Positions 38,201-49,535 of a stretch of DNA of 64,000 bases are shown here, piece after piece. Numbering within the stretch: position 1 is the stretch's first letter; each line of letters starts with the position of its first letter. Source of the DNA: Yuukianura sp. NJ FZ-2021 (taxonomy: Eukaryota); NCBI GenBank assembly GCA_046563655.1, contig CM102284.1:992001-1056000 (forward strand). Reading direction: 5' to 3'. The notes under the pieces were generated by a model, which was not told the origin of the DNA, searched no databases, and saw nothing but the letters and a program-made list of their open reading frames with translations. Both the position numbers and the translations under genes were made by a program.

Positions 38201-41038
38201 TTTACTTCCGTTTGGTCAACTTTCATTTCCGCGCCTCAACGGATTTGACTTGTTTACTTTTGAGCCGCGAGGAAATGAAAAAGCCGTCACACTGACCAAT
38301 GCTCAACGTCAGCCTTGTCACTTCTGTTTCTATTTTTTTGTTTTAGTCTATTAGTTTCGCGCTGAGAAAAAAAAGCGGGAGATTTGAACCGAGAAACAAC
38401 AAAAAAGTTCGAATTTTCCCGCCAAAAAAGTTGAGATTACTCGAGGCGGTTGCGGAAGTTCATAAATCCTGAGAGATAGAATCGGCCAGAGTCTCTCTGT
38501 TCTAATGAAATATTATTTTCCAATCCATCACACAAAATTCTCATCAAAATTTTGATCAATACCTTCCTTTTTTTTTTTTTTCGAAAACTACATTTGTGTA
38601 ATGGGGCTATATAACCTTTGACCTTGAGCTTACCAGTTTGAGTTGGTGCTCCAAGCGACATTTCTGAGCCTCAGTTTCACTAATGCGCCGCATCAAAGCC
38701 GATTCGACGTTGTCTGCTTGGGCACGAAGTCGACAGGCAATGCTACAAAGTGAAAAGTTGAAATTGGAACTTTTTATTTTGAAATTTTGAAATTTGAAAC
38801 CAAAAGTGTTTACCTCTTGAGGATTTCTGGAACGAGTTGACGTAGTTTGCATGAAGCACATCTCTCCCTCTCCGCTTCCTCCATTGTGCGAACAGTCATT
38901 TCCTCCCATTCCTCAACTGTCGTCATTCTTCATCATAGAAACGAGGAAATACAAAAGAAAAAGTCATTTATCAACATTTCCCACTTTCACACTAAACCCA
39001 TTTCACACAATTCATCTTCATTTCCTCATTTCATCTTACTAAATTCCACTTTATTCCCTCAAAAAATTTCCATTTTCAAGTTTTGGAATTCAAAACTCAT
39101 AGACTCTCCTAAACAAAAATTTCTATTTTTCAAAATTCGGTTTCCAAATTTGAGTTTCCCGGAATTTGGAAACGTGACCTTGAAAAATTTGAATCAAGCC
39201 TAGGCGAACCGCCCACGAAACTTTTGTTGAGAAAAATCGCTTCCGGGTGGACTTATGTGGAATACGGAAAGAAAAGTTGGAGAAAGTGAACAGTTTCTGC
39301 ATAACTACTCACGAGAAGAAAAGTTTCTTCGGGTTCGAATCCCACCCTACTTAAAGTTACTCTTACCCGTCTTGGAAGCGTGCCACTCCAGCGTAGTTGA
39401 GTAGGGTGGGATTATCTGGTCTGAGACGGGCGTTGGTGTCATCAATTCGAAATGCTTGCATTTTATCACTCCAGTCGCGTTCCAGTCGTTCTTTGGCTGC
39501 ACGATTTCGGCCCAACTGCTCTCTCGCCTGGGCCACAAACTCCTCCAGACGCTTCTGAGCCTAACAAAAGTCAGAAAAACAAAGATGAGCCTCACAGGAG
39601 TTGAAAATCTTCGATGAAATTGAGGAAACCAAAGTTTTGGGAACGGAAATCACAAAGTTTGGGGGAAAGTGAGACAAAACTTAGCTCATTTCCATCCAAA
39701 TGAGCAAAACCTTTGTCTCCAAACCAGTTTGTGTCCAGATTCCTTAATGAAGGTGCGGGTCCAGGTCAAAACAGCCAAAAAAAAAAAGGGCCAAAAGGGT
39801 TTCTGACAATTTCTTGGCCCAAACTGAAAGGGCGGAAAACATTTTAGCCACCCTTGGGCCAAACCGAAATGGGCCGAAAAACTCTGCGGTCATTGGTATA
39901 GGACCAGCGGAAAAGGGCCGAAAACTTCTTGCGTACGACTGAAATACGCTGAAAACTGCGTTTCGGCCATTTTAAATCGAACCTGACGTGAAACTTTTTC
40001 GGCCAAATCTTTTCGTGGCGTTTTTTGATTGGCTTGTATTGGATTGGCTGGAATGACCTTGGCTAAGTTAGGTGCGTTACCTCAAGGACCAAATCACGCT
40101 CCGTGTGCAGCTCCTCGTCCAGATCATCTCTGGTGAGATCAACTCCAACGCGAGACAGGCGGCGACGAACACATTCGTTCGAAATGTGCAAAATCAAATC
40201 TCCTGTGGCGCGAATCGAATTTTCAATCCGAATTCGAATCGCTTCCAACAGTCGTGTCTCTTCTCGCATCTCCTACAAACAAACAAACAAAAAACACAAT
40301 ATAATTCCAATACATAGCATTCAATTCAATTCGTAAAATTCAAATTCTCCTCCAGCGTCAGAAACATACAATTGGCACCACTGGGCCACTTTTTTCTTAC
40401 ATGTACGATGCCATTAATCTCTCGAAAAAAAAATATCTCCCGCCAAAAGTTTTCGATTATCCCTATTCTGTATTTTTCTCTTTTACTCTATCTCTCTTGC
40501 CATTTCGCTTTGAATCTTGTAAATAGTTACTCCCTCCAAGTGATTTTTCTTTACAGAAAGAGACTACAAGTGCTTGAAAATTTTGGAAGATGAATTAGAT
40601 TTGTGAGTTCTTTTAGCATAATTGAAGTGACAGATTGAAATGACTTGGAATCTTGAATCTCCATCAAATTACACATTCATACCAACTTTTGAACTTTCCC
40701 TCTTAAATTTGAATTCCTTATTGCAAAACACTCCCGTTTAGTCTCGAGTCTCAACTTGCCCCTCCCCCCATCACCCTTCTCTTGTTCCAAAATTCTAAAA
40801 GCGAAACTGAAAATGGAAATCAGAAAAACATGTTTTCCAATATGGAATGTACGATGTACATAAGTAGCGAAAGACGGCTTTCCGTTCGCAAGGGACTGAT
40901 CACAAGAATAATAGAACTGGATGATATTCAATAGTAAACACCCCCGGGTCATACGGTGTTTAGTAGTGCAAACAGATCTCGGAAATGTTGAGTTGTAGTC
41001 GAGATAGTTACAGCAAACGGCCAGACAGACAAACAAAG

Positions 41039-41096
<58 letters not shown>

Positions 41097-42833
41097 GCAG
41101 AGGACGGACAGACAGACGGACAGAAAAGTAGTATTCGCTACTGAATAATTTAATTCCTCAATGCTTCAAAAAACAGGAGAAAGAATTGAAATTTGAGAAC
41201 ACGAGTAGTCATACCTGATTGTTAACAAAAACCAAACTTTAGCAAGAAAACTCAAAACTTCTTGAAACTTTAGCACCACGCAAATGGAAAGCTTCTCCAT
41301 TCCTTCTTTCTTCCATCTTAAAACTTTTTCTCCAATTTCACTCGAAAAAATTGTCAATTAAAACTATTCCTGAAAAACAAAACCCACTCCACAAATTAAA
41401 CTTTTTTTGAATCACTTTTTAGGAAACCCAGAACCTAAGCAGTTAACGAGCCGGAAAAAAAGTTTAATTAGGTTTCCCGCGTTGCCAGGCATCCCTATTT
41501 CTATGGGTTTTCTTTTTTTCCAAAAAAAAAAGACTTTTCTGAAAATTTAAATTTGAAAAACGACTAAAAGTAGCTTCCTTCTGGATCCCAATTTCATTTG
41601 AAACTTCCTCCATTTTTCTAAAAGAAGCCCTACCTAACTCCAGAACCGTAAGGAAGTTGGGTAACACGAGGACATAACAAGGTTCCTGAACATTTTCAAG
41701 GCAGAAGCCAAATTGACACTATTGAAACTAATGTTAGGAAATCCAAAAATTCTTTTTCCTGAAAAAAATTGCGAAAAGGAGAGAATAAGAATCACCTGCT
41801 TTGCCCAAATAAAATATCCCGTTTCTCAAAAAAAAAAACGCAAAAAAAGCTTCTTTTTCCACCAGTTGCTGTGCTACTTTCACTTGGTTTTCGAAATACA
41901 AAGTTGCTACCCAATTTTCACCTAAACAAATTTCAGTTTCCTTTTCAGAAATAAACTTAAGAAGATTTCGCGCCACACGAGCGGAAGAATTCAGCAAAAA
42001 TCGACGACCGAAGGTCATGTAAGACTAAAATAACGTACCTCGTAAGAAACAACAAGAATAGAATTTTTTTTAACTTGCGTTCAACAAAAAACAAGACAGT
42101 TTATAAAAAAAAAATCCAAAAATTGTAAAAGTAACCTTTTTTTAAATCCGGCATAAAAAATGTTTATTGTTTTATTTTACAGGTTTTTCTTTAGTTTTTA
42201 TAACTTTTCACTATTGTTCTAAGTATTTAGCCTGCCGCTTGGGGCAAGTTGAGACATTTTTAAAACTGTTTTCCTTTTTTGTCGGTTCACCCGGTACATT
42301 CCTGTCTATTCTTCTCTCTTTTGATGTAGAGAAAGTGGACTTGTGTGTTTATCCCATGGGAAATATCCATGTTACATGATACTTCCGCCCAACTAACCAT
42401 AAGAAACAATGAGTTGAACCATAACATGAAAAAAGCCGCCCGGGATTAGTGGATTCGGCGTCTCATGATACCCCAAAATCCACCAAAGTTCATCCTAATA
42501 CCTCAGCATCACCACTAATCTTATGCGCCCTACTCACAACAATACGCACCCTAGGCGCGGATCTAAATACTTTGGGCCTACGTGCAGAAGAAAGTGTCTA
42601 AGCCACTAAACCATTGTTTTTGGTGATGATACTTATGTTTTTAAAACATGTAGACTTTTATAGTCTTTGTGTTAGTCTTATGCTAGTTTTTATGTAGTAA
42701 TTTGAATGTGGCTCACGAGGATGTTTCGCTCCAGCTCCTTCATGTAATAGTAAATGTCTTTTCCCCGACGACGGAGCCGCTCCGTCGAAATTCGCTGCAT
42801 GCAAATCGTCTTCTCTTGTACACACGGATCCAT
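35278..42833 (-). CDS. Tektin (tektin-4-like), ~366 aa; exons 42717-42833, 40081-40272, 39367-39560, 38814-38927, 38634-38742, 35564-35724, 35278-35491
   Basis: LERDWSDKMQAFRID, LKLAQTRLYNRTFRPNVELTRDCAQFGLIEEV, EKEIAVKDNTLVIDRE; all junctions in phase, 1101 nt in total. Confidence 0.9.
37250..37312 (-). mobile_element. tRNA-derived SINE-like head
   Basis: Reverse strand TAGTTCAGTGGAGTAGAG...GGGTTCGAGTC. Confidence 0.55.
41021..41123. repeat. (CAGA)n microsatellite
   Basis: Read directly; a shorter (CAGA)n run lies at about 20910-20945. Confidence 0.9.
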
Positions 42834-43222
42834 CTTCACGCGATCTTCTTCTCAAAAACTGAAAAAAAAAGAAGATGAGACTGTTTACACGATCCACCAA
42901 TTACTTTTGACGACTTTCGAAATTTCAAAAAAGACCATGTTCGAAATACAGAGCACAATAGATCCTCTATGACCCAAATGATGAAAGTTTACAACAAAAG
43001 ACGATTGGTTTTACTTACAGGACGAAAGTTTTCTCAATCAACCAAGATTGGACCAATCGGAAGCAAGAACTGGAGAGATGAGCGGACGAAGTGGACGAAA
43101 ACGCTGAAGTGGCGGACGACACAGATGAAAGTGAAGAGATGAAGAGCAAAATTCGGGAATCGACCAAACACAAACAACTTCTCATTTGTTTTGATTGTCC
43201 TTCCTTGTGATTGGCTGCTGCT

Positions 43223-43236
43223 GTTGCTATGGCAAC
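43223..43236. promoter_or_regulatory. RFX X-box upstream of tektin
   Basis: GTTGCTATGGCAAC matches the GTTNCCATGGNAAC-type consensus and sits beside the putative non-coding first exon (donor near 43018) of a ciliary gene. Confidence 0.75.
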
Positions 43237-44751
43237 GTCATCACTGAAATTAAAACGGACAGAGCAAAATATTTTTCCAATTTAGTTTTATGTTTGTCCA
43301 GCCAAAAAAAAATTTCGGAGATCAGTTTTTCTTGCTTCCTTTCATTTTATTGAAAAAAAAAGTTTTTTTTTTTTCGTGTTTTTTCTTTTTTTCATGTTTT
43401 TACTTTTTTTTTTTGCTGGGAAAAACCACAAGGGATCAAAATCAAAAGTTTTAAACCAAAGAAAGCCCGCGAAACACAAAACTTGAAAAAAAATTGAAAC
43501 CTGGACTTCTTTTTTCTTTGCTTGCTCTGTTTCAAATTTGCACTAACAAAACTTTTTGTGTCTTTCAATCCCCATTTACGTCTAGATTTAGAGTGAAAAC
43601 CTTTCGAATTTTCAAAATCCTGGAACTTTTCGATTCTTTGAAATCTTTTTGAACCTTTGGAACCAGTACAACTTTACACGAATTTCCATTTCCTGCTGCC
43701 TTTGTTCTCAATTGCATCGTAGAATTGTTCTTCATTGTGACGCCGTGTGGCATAAATCAGTCTCTGAGAAAGCATAAAAGTGAAAGTGGATTTGGAGTCT
43801 AATGCTGGTGAAATCGAGTGGAGTGAGGCTGCCTTAAGTATCCATTAGACTAATTGGTCCACCATCTCACTCTTCTTCCTTTGTAACTCCACCGTAAACT
43901 AGTGTAACCCACGTAACCAAATTAAGGTTATGCATAACCCTTTTAGCCTAACAAATTATGTAGATGTACTTTTCTTCCAATTTCCAACATTTTGTATAAC
44001 CTGACAAAAACAGACAGACAGCAGCAATTTTTTTTACTTTATCCGAGTTTCAAATTCCTCTTATTTTATTCAATTTTTCAAAGAAATCTCGGTTTTCAAA
44101 TCTCGTTTTTTGTAAGGTTTCACGGAATCATGAATTTTAAAATCCCTATCTGGAAATTTTCATTTTCAAAAATGAGCACAATACAAAATGTATTTTGTGT
44201 CAGATGCAATGCAAAACCACGACGACGAAGGAGAAAGTGCGGGAAGAAGACAGGGGAACAAAAGGAACTCGAAACTAAGCGAGGCATACACAACTTTTAT
44301 TCTGATGCTACTCGTGACGATTATGTGGGCGACACAAAGGATTTCAAAATTTCCAAATCCTTGAAAAATTTAAAAAAAAATTTAAAACAAAAAGATTCAA
44401 GAAACCTTAGCGTTGAGTCGGTCTTACTTTACATAACTACAGGAATTGTTACACAGGCACTGTTGAAATATTGTACTTTTTTACTTTTGCGAAAGTTTTG
44501 TACAAAAATCGGTGTTGTAGGCTTGTGTTACACATGAGTCTATTGTCCATAATTTTGCAATTTCTATTCATGACTTAATCTAAAAAACATTGAAAAATCT
44601 ACGAACAAATAAATCCATCACTAAAATGTCAATTTCTAGTCAGTAGAAACAGACATTACGAGGATTTTGAGATTTTGCGCAGTTAGGCACAAAATGGACC
44701 TTCAACACATGTAATTTATAGCTAGTTTCCTGAAGAATTGCCGCTTTTGGC

Positions 44752-44998
44752 TGATAGTTTAGTGGACTAGGGCATCCTCTCGGAGAAAAGAGTCGCGGGT
44801 TCAAATCCCGCTAGATTTCTTGATTTTTTGTTGTTGTTCTGTCTTTTACGTTTTTGGTGTGGCACTTCCAGAGCTAAAACTCAGGCACAATAAATAAATA
44901 AATCGCTTCTCACGGAGTTCGGAAAAGTGGATGGATAGCATAGTGGAGCAGCGGCTCTTCTCGGATTCAAGAGTCACGGGTTCGAGTACAACTTGGTT
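44752..44998 (+). mobile_element. Two tandem tRNA-derived SINE-like heads (44752-44815, 44933-44998)
   Basis: GATAGTTTAGTGGACTAG...GGGTTCAAATCCC and GATAGCATAGTGGAGCAG...GGGTTCGAGT, each followed by T-rich sequence. Confidence 0.55.
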
Positions 44999-45914
44999 CT
45001 ATGCATTCCTTTTTTTTAAATTGTGCTTCGTTCCCAATCTCGTAACTATCATGTTAAATCGTTTGGCAATAAAAAGGAAACCGGTCGAAGTGAACTTTAA
45101 GAAATTGAAAAAGCATAGCGGGGGAGCTGTTTGCGTGAATTAAGATCCTGGAAAATTCAATTTTTGTTTTGTAGGGCGTGTAAGATTAACGACCATCACT
45201 TGAACTATGGACTCCGCATTTTCATCTTTCTTTTCCGCCAAAGGAACTCCCATTGTTTTTGTCCTTGAGTCTAAGTGGACTTAAGGAACAAGGGAGGGGG
45301 ACTTGGACTTGTCTGCTGAAAGGATTGATTTATGTCTAACTTTCTCTTTAGTCCAAAATCCCGCTTGCCCGTTGGGATGAAGAGGCGTAATCTCCTAATG
45401 CTCTTCCATATCGCTTTCCCCTTCCTCATCCACCAGATTCCAAATTTTAACCATAAAGTCATTGCTGGGCAAACAGAAGCATTTTTATCATCCTACTGTT
45501 CAAAGGAAGCCTTGCCGAAATGGCCACAAGATAAGCCAAATTGCAGAAAACAACGACAAAGGACCTTGGTTCCACAAAATAAAGCTCTTTCAAAATACGG
45601 CTGTGGGATTCGATCTGGTGCCTTATCCAGTCAGGAAAGCTGCTCTGTCCTCTAAGCTGCATGCCCCTACCACGTTTACCTCATTAATAACTCACATAAG
45701 GCTCCAGCTTTCTCTCTAATTTCTTTTCTTTACTTACCTTTGACTCCGTTTGCCCAAGTAACTTTTTAGGTTTGGCTAACATAACTTTTCAGGTTTAAAC
45801 CAAACTTTTTCCCTGTCAACATAACTTTTCATATTACCTATTTTTTTCAATAAGCCTTCACGTGCCTAATTGCTTTTCCTTTGACTTACCTTCCAAACCG
45901 GAAAGTATTATAAG

Positions 45915-46625
45915 CAGGGTTGCCAAAAATATGTCTTCAAAACCCACGAAATATTGGAATTTGGAATTATGTTATTTAAAAAGACTGATTTTCCTACTAA
46001 ATTTTTAACGTTTTGGAATTTGGAATTATGTCATTTAGAAAGAGTGATTTTCCTACTAAACTTTTAACTTTTTGGAATTTGGAATTATGTCATTTAGAAA
46101 GAGTGATTTTCCTACTAAATTGTTAACGTTTTGGAATTTCCAATTATGTTATTTAAAAAGAGTGATTTTCCTACTAAATTTTTAACGTTTTGGAATTTGG
46201 AATTATGTCATTTAGAAAGAGTGATTTTCCTACTAAATTTTTAACGTTTTGGAATTTGGAATTATGTCATTTAGAAAGAGTGATTTTCCTACTAAATTTT
46301 TAACGTTTTGGAATTTGGAATTATGTCATTTAGAAAGAGTGATTTTCCTACTAAATTTTTAACGTTTTGGAATTTGGAATTATGTCATTTAGAAAGAGTG
46401 ATTTTCCTACTAAATTTTTAACGTTTTGGAATTTGGAATTATGTCATTTAGAAAGAGTAATTTTCCTACTAAATTTTTCACGATTTGGAATTTAGTAAAA
46501 AAAAACGGCAAGTATTAATAAATATTTTTGGCTTCTTGTCTAAAAAAAGACTAAGTATTTATGAAGACTAAAAACATAAAATAAATAAAAAAGACTAAAA
46601 AAATAAAACATTTTTGACATCCCTG
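45915..46625. mobile_element. hAT-type MITE carrying an internal 59-bp tandem array
   Basis: TIRs CAGGGTTGCCAAAA / TTTTGACATCCCTG; 8-bp target-site duplication ATTATAAG / GTTATAAG (7/8). Confidence 0.8.
45954..46494. repeat. 59-bp minisatellite, about 9 copies
   Basis: Unit TTGGAATTTGGAATTATGTCATTTAGAAAGAGTGATTTTCCTACTAAATTTTTAACGTT; the pattern shifts by 1 nt per 60-nt line. Confidence 0.95.
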
Positions 46626-49161
46626 GTTATAAGCGACACGGACCACCAATCCACAAGGTATTAAAAGTGACAAGGACCAATCGGATTGTGTCATTGTAAT
46701 CCGCCGAGAACTGGACGTGCTAAGTATCGTCCAATAAGATGACGTGACAATCTGGATAATCTCCAAACTACTGCCAGCATTCTCCTACCTACTGGCAGTA
46801 TGTGCTTGCGGACACACCGTGACACGCTCCTAACTACCTCATTTTCTTGTCAATTGTGGTCCATTTTCAGTTGTGTGTCCATACAGATGCTTTTGGCCAA
46901 GACAAAGCCACAAAAAAAGCTTTTGGGATAACAAAAAAAAAAGAGAGAAAGAGAAAGAAAGGAGAGAGAAAAGAAAACAAAAGACTAGAAATAACACGAG
47001 AAAAGAGCAAAGTGGAAATGAAATGGACGCGAGGTGAAAGTCCTCCAGGGACAAATAGAAAGTTGTCAAGTGCTAAAGTCGCATTAGTCATTAAGAAGCT
47101 GATGGCATGTCCAATTTACACTAAAATCAGAGTTTCTGAGAATTAGTCTCCCTTTCAAAAACCCACGCCGAAACTCAATTAGCAACCGAAATTAGCTCAC
47201 TTTTCTCCCTTTCACAAAAGAGATACACTTAAAAGGACTCTCTCTGGCCAACTCCAAGGCATGTAGAGGATCAAAGGATTATAGCGAAGAGGTAAACCTT
47301 TTAATGGAGTTTGTCGTCATAGCAGGATCAAAGGCTACGGGCTCCAAAAAAGAAAAAAAATGTATTGAATTACTGCAGAAACTAGTTATTTTTTTCTTTT
47401 CATGAACATTTTATACATTTCTAACAAACGGAAGTTCAATTGAAGTTAGTTATGGACATACAATTATGGCTTTTTCAAAAGAAACACTTCATTTCTAAAA
47501 AAAAGAAGCTTTACAAAAAAATTTCTTAGAAAAAGATCGCTTTTAGAAACTCTTTGAAAAAAAGTTCACGCTCTATTTTTGTCTTATCAAAAAATATTTA
47601 CAACTGCAGGGCTCATGTTTTATACGATCGAATTTTGCGAAAACAAGAAAAAACTGGGATTTTGTGTGATTCAAAAAGAAATAGAAAATTTTAATGCTGT
47701 TTTCTGTTTTATGTAGCACGAAAAAAGGCTGATTTGATTTGGTTTTTATGAAGATTGGAATCGGAAACAACAGGAAACCTTTTACGACTTTTCGAACAAA
47801 AAAAAAACGAGGTCAACACTTTCACAAAAGCATTAAATCAAAGTGTTTCTGGAGAGTTTTGAATTTGAAAATCAAAGTTTCCTTGTAAAATAAAATTTCA
47901 AAGACAACTGTTACAGCTTTAAAAAAATTTTCACACCTTTCAAGAAAATTGAGACTTTACAACAATAAATACATTTTTAATCAACTCACACAATAAAATT
48001 CAAGAATTTTTACAATTTCGTAAAATTTGATAAGAGTGTAACATTGAATTTGAATAAATTTTTGATCTGAGTCGTGCTTAATTAAAATTACTTAATTACG
48101 AATTACTTAATTACTAATTACTTAATTATGTAATTACTGACCACTTTCTATGAATTAAACAGTGATAATTTTTAACTTGAATTGTATAAAAGTAAGCTTG
48201 AGTATTTTTTAGTACCACTGGAAAGTCATACACTGGGGCTCAGGTATGTATGTCTTTCCTTGGCATTCCAGACAATAAGCTATCATTAACTAACCTAAAA
48301 ACGTAGTTAGCAATTGAGTAATTAAGTTTGTGTTTGAGTAATTAATTAATTGTTCCGCTAATTGTGTTTAACTAATTTAGTTAACACCAAATATCATTAA
48401 GAGCCTGATTTTAATCTTTGTGCGTCTCCGCATTCATGCGCGTGCAAAAGCTTATCAATCACAAAGTGCATAATAAAATTTAATGTAGGATTATCTTAAT
48501 GTGAGAAAATTTCAGTTTTCGAGAAAGTTAAGTTCCTGCGCAATCGATTCCTTCAGGTACAAACTTCTGCGCAGATCAGAACCAGTTTGATATTAATCTC
48601 TTATGTAAACAGATTTTCAAAAAGTGGGAAATTTGAATTGGACCGTTTTTGGCGGGAAAAAGTGGGGTTTTGGCGGGTAGATGGCTTGACTTTTGAGTTT
48701 GAGGTCACGTGAGTTGTTCTCATAATTGGGATTCTCTTGTATACTTGATGTCCAATATGGCGGAGAGTCATAGATCTTGTTCAGGAGGTGACAGTGATAA
48801 AGCGCCAAGTTCAAATCACACATGCAGAGCCCAGACCTGCCACCAAGGATTAGCACGAGAGCAAACCGAAGTGGATTGAGTTCTAGAAGGGGAGTGACAG
48901 GTTCCCGCCATTTCGACTGGAAAGTAATTGAGACCGATTGCATTTCCAGTGGTCTCAGACCATGACCTTTTGACCTCGTCTACCTGTCGACAGAAACACA
49001 TTAAGACAAGAGGTCATAAATCTGAATTTTGTTAAAGTTTTCGAAAACCCGGCTTCTTTTTTCATCTAATTTTGTGTTTTCACGTCTCTTTTTTCCTTTT
49101 CACTTACTTTCTGTTCATTCTTTTTTCACCCCCTAATACACTTTTGCAACGAAAAAAAAAA

Positions 49162-49452
49162 TAGTCCAGGTGGGACACGATCCAATTCTACCTTCTTACC
49201 CGGAAGTCACTCTACCGTATGAGCAAGTGCACATTTGGTTTCTACTTTCACTAATCAAAAAACTCCGTGCTTTCTTCAATTATTTTTGTATTTTCATTTC
49301 TTTTTTTCTGTTTCTAACCAACTTCACTCCCTTATTTCCTCCTGTTTTCACACCCTCTAAGGCAATTTTCCAATGCAATAAAAATTATAGTCCACCTGGG
49401 ATACGATCCCATACCTCGTCTTTACCCGGAAGTCACTCTACCATTAGAGCTA
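49162..49452 (-). mobile_element. Two tandem tRNA-derived SINE-like heads just downstream of the AstA receptor stop
   Basis: Reverse strand TAGCTCTAATGGTAGAGTGACTTCCGGG...GGGATCGTATCCCA, duplicated about 225 bp apart. Confidence 0.5.
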
Positions 49453-49535
49453 CTGGCAAAATTGGGTTTCCACCCTTACTACTATAGCCGTTATGGCAGG
49501 TAGGGTATAAAAATGTGTTAGATTTACCTCGTTGC

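Noticed and set aside
45370..45560. WD40-like fragment (SNDFMVKIWNL) on the minus strand
   Set aside because: A single short motif flanked by stops; no gene model can be supported.
45954..46494. CRISPR-like regular repeats
   Set aside because: Head-to-tail 59-bp units with no unique spacers, no cas genes, and a eukaryotic context.
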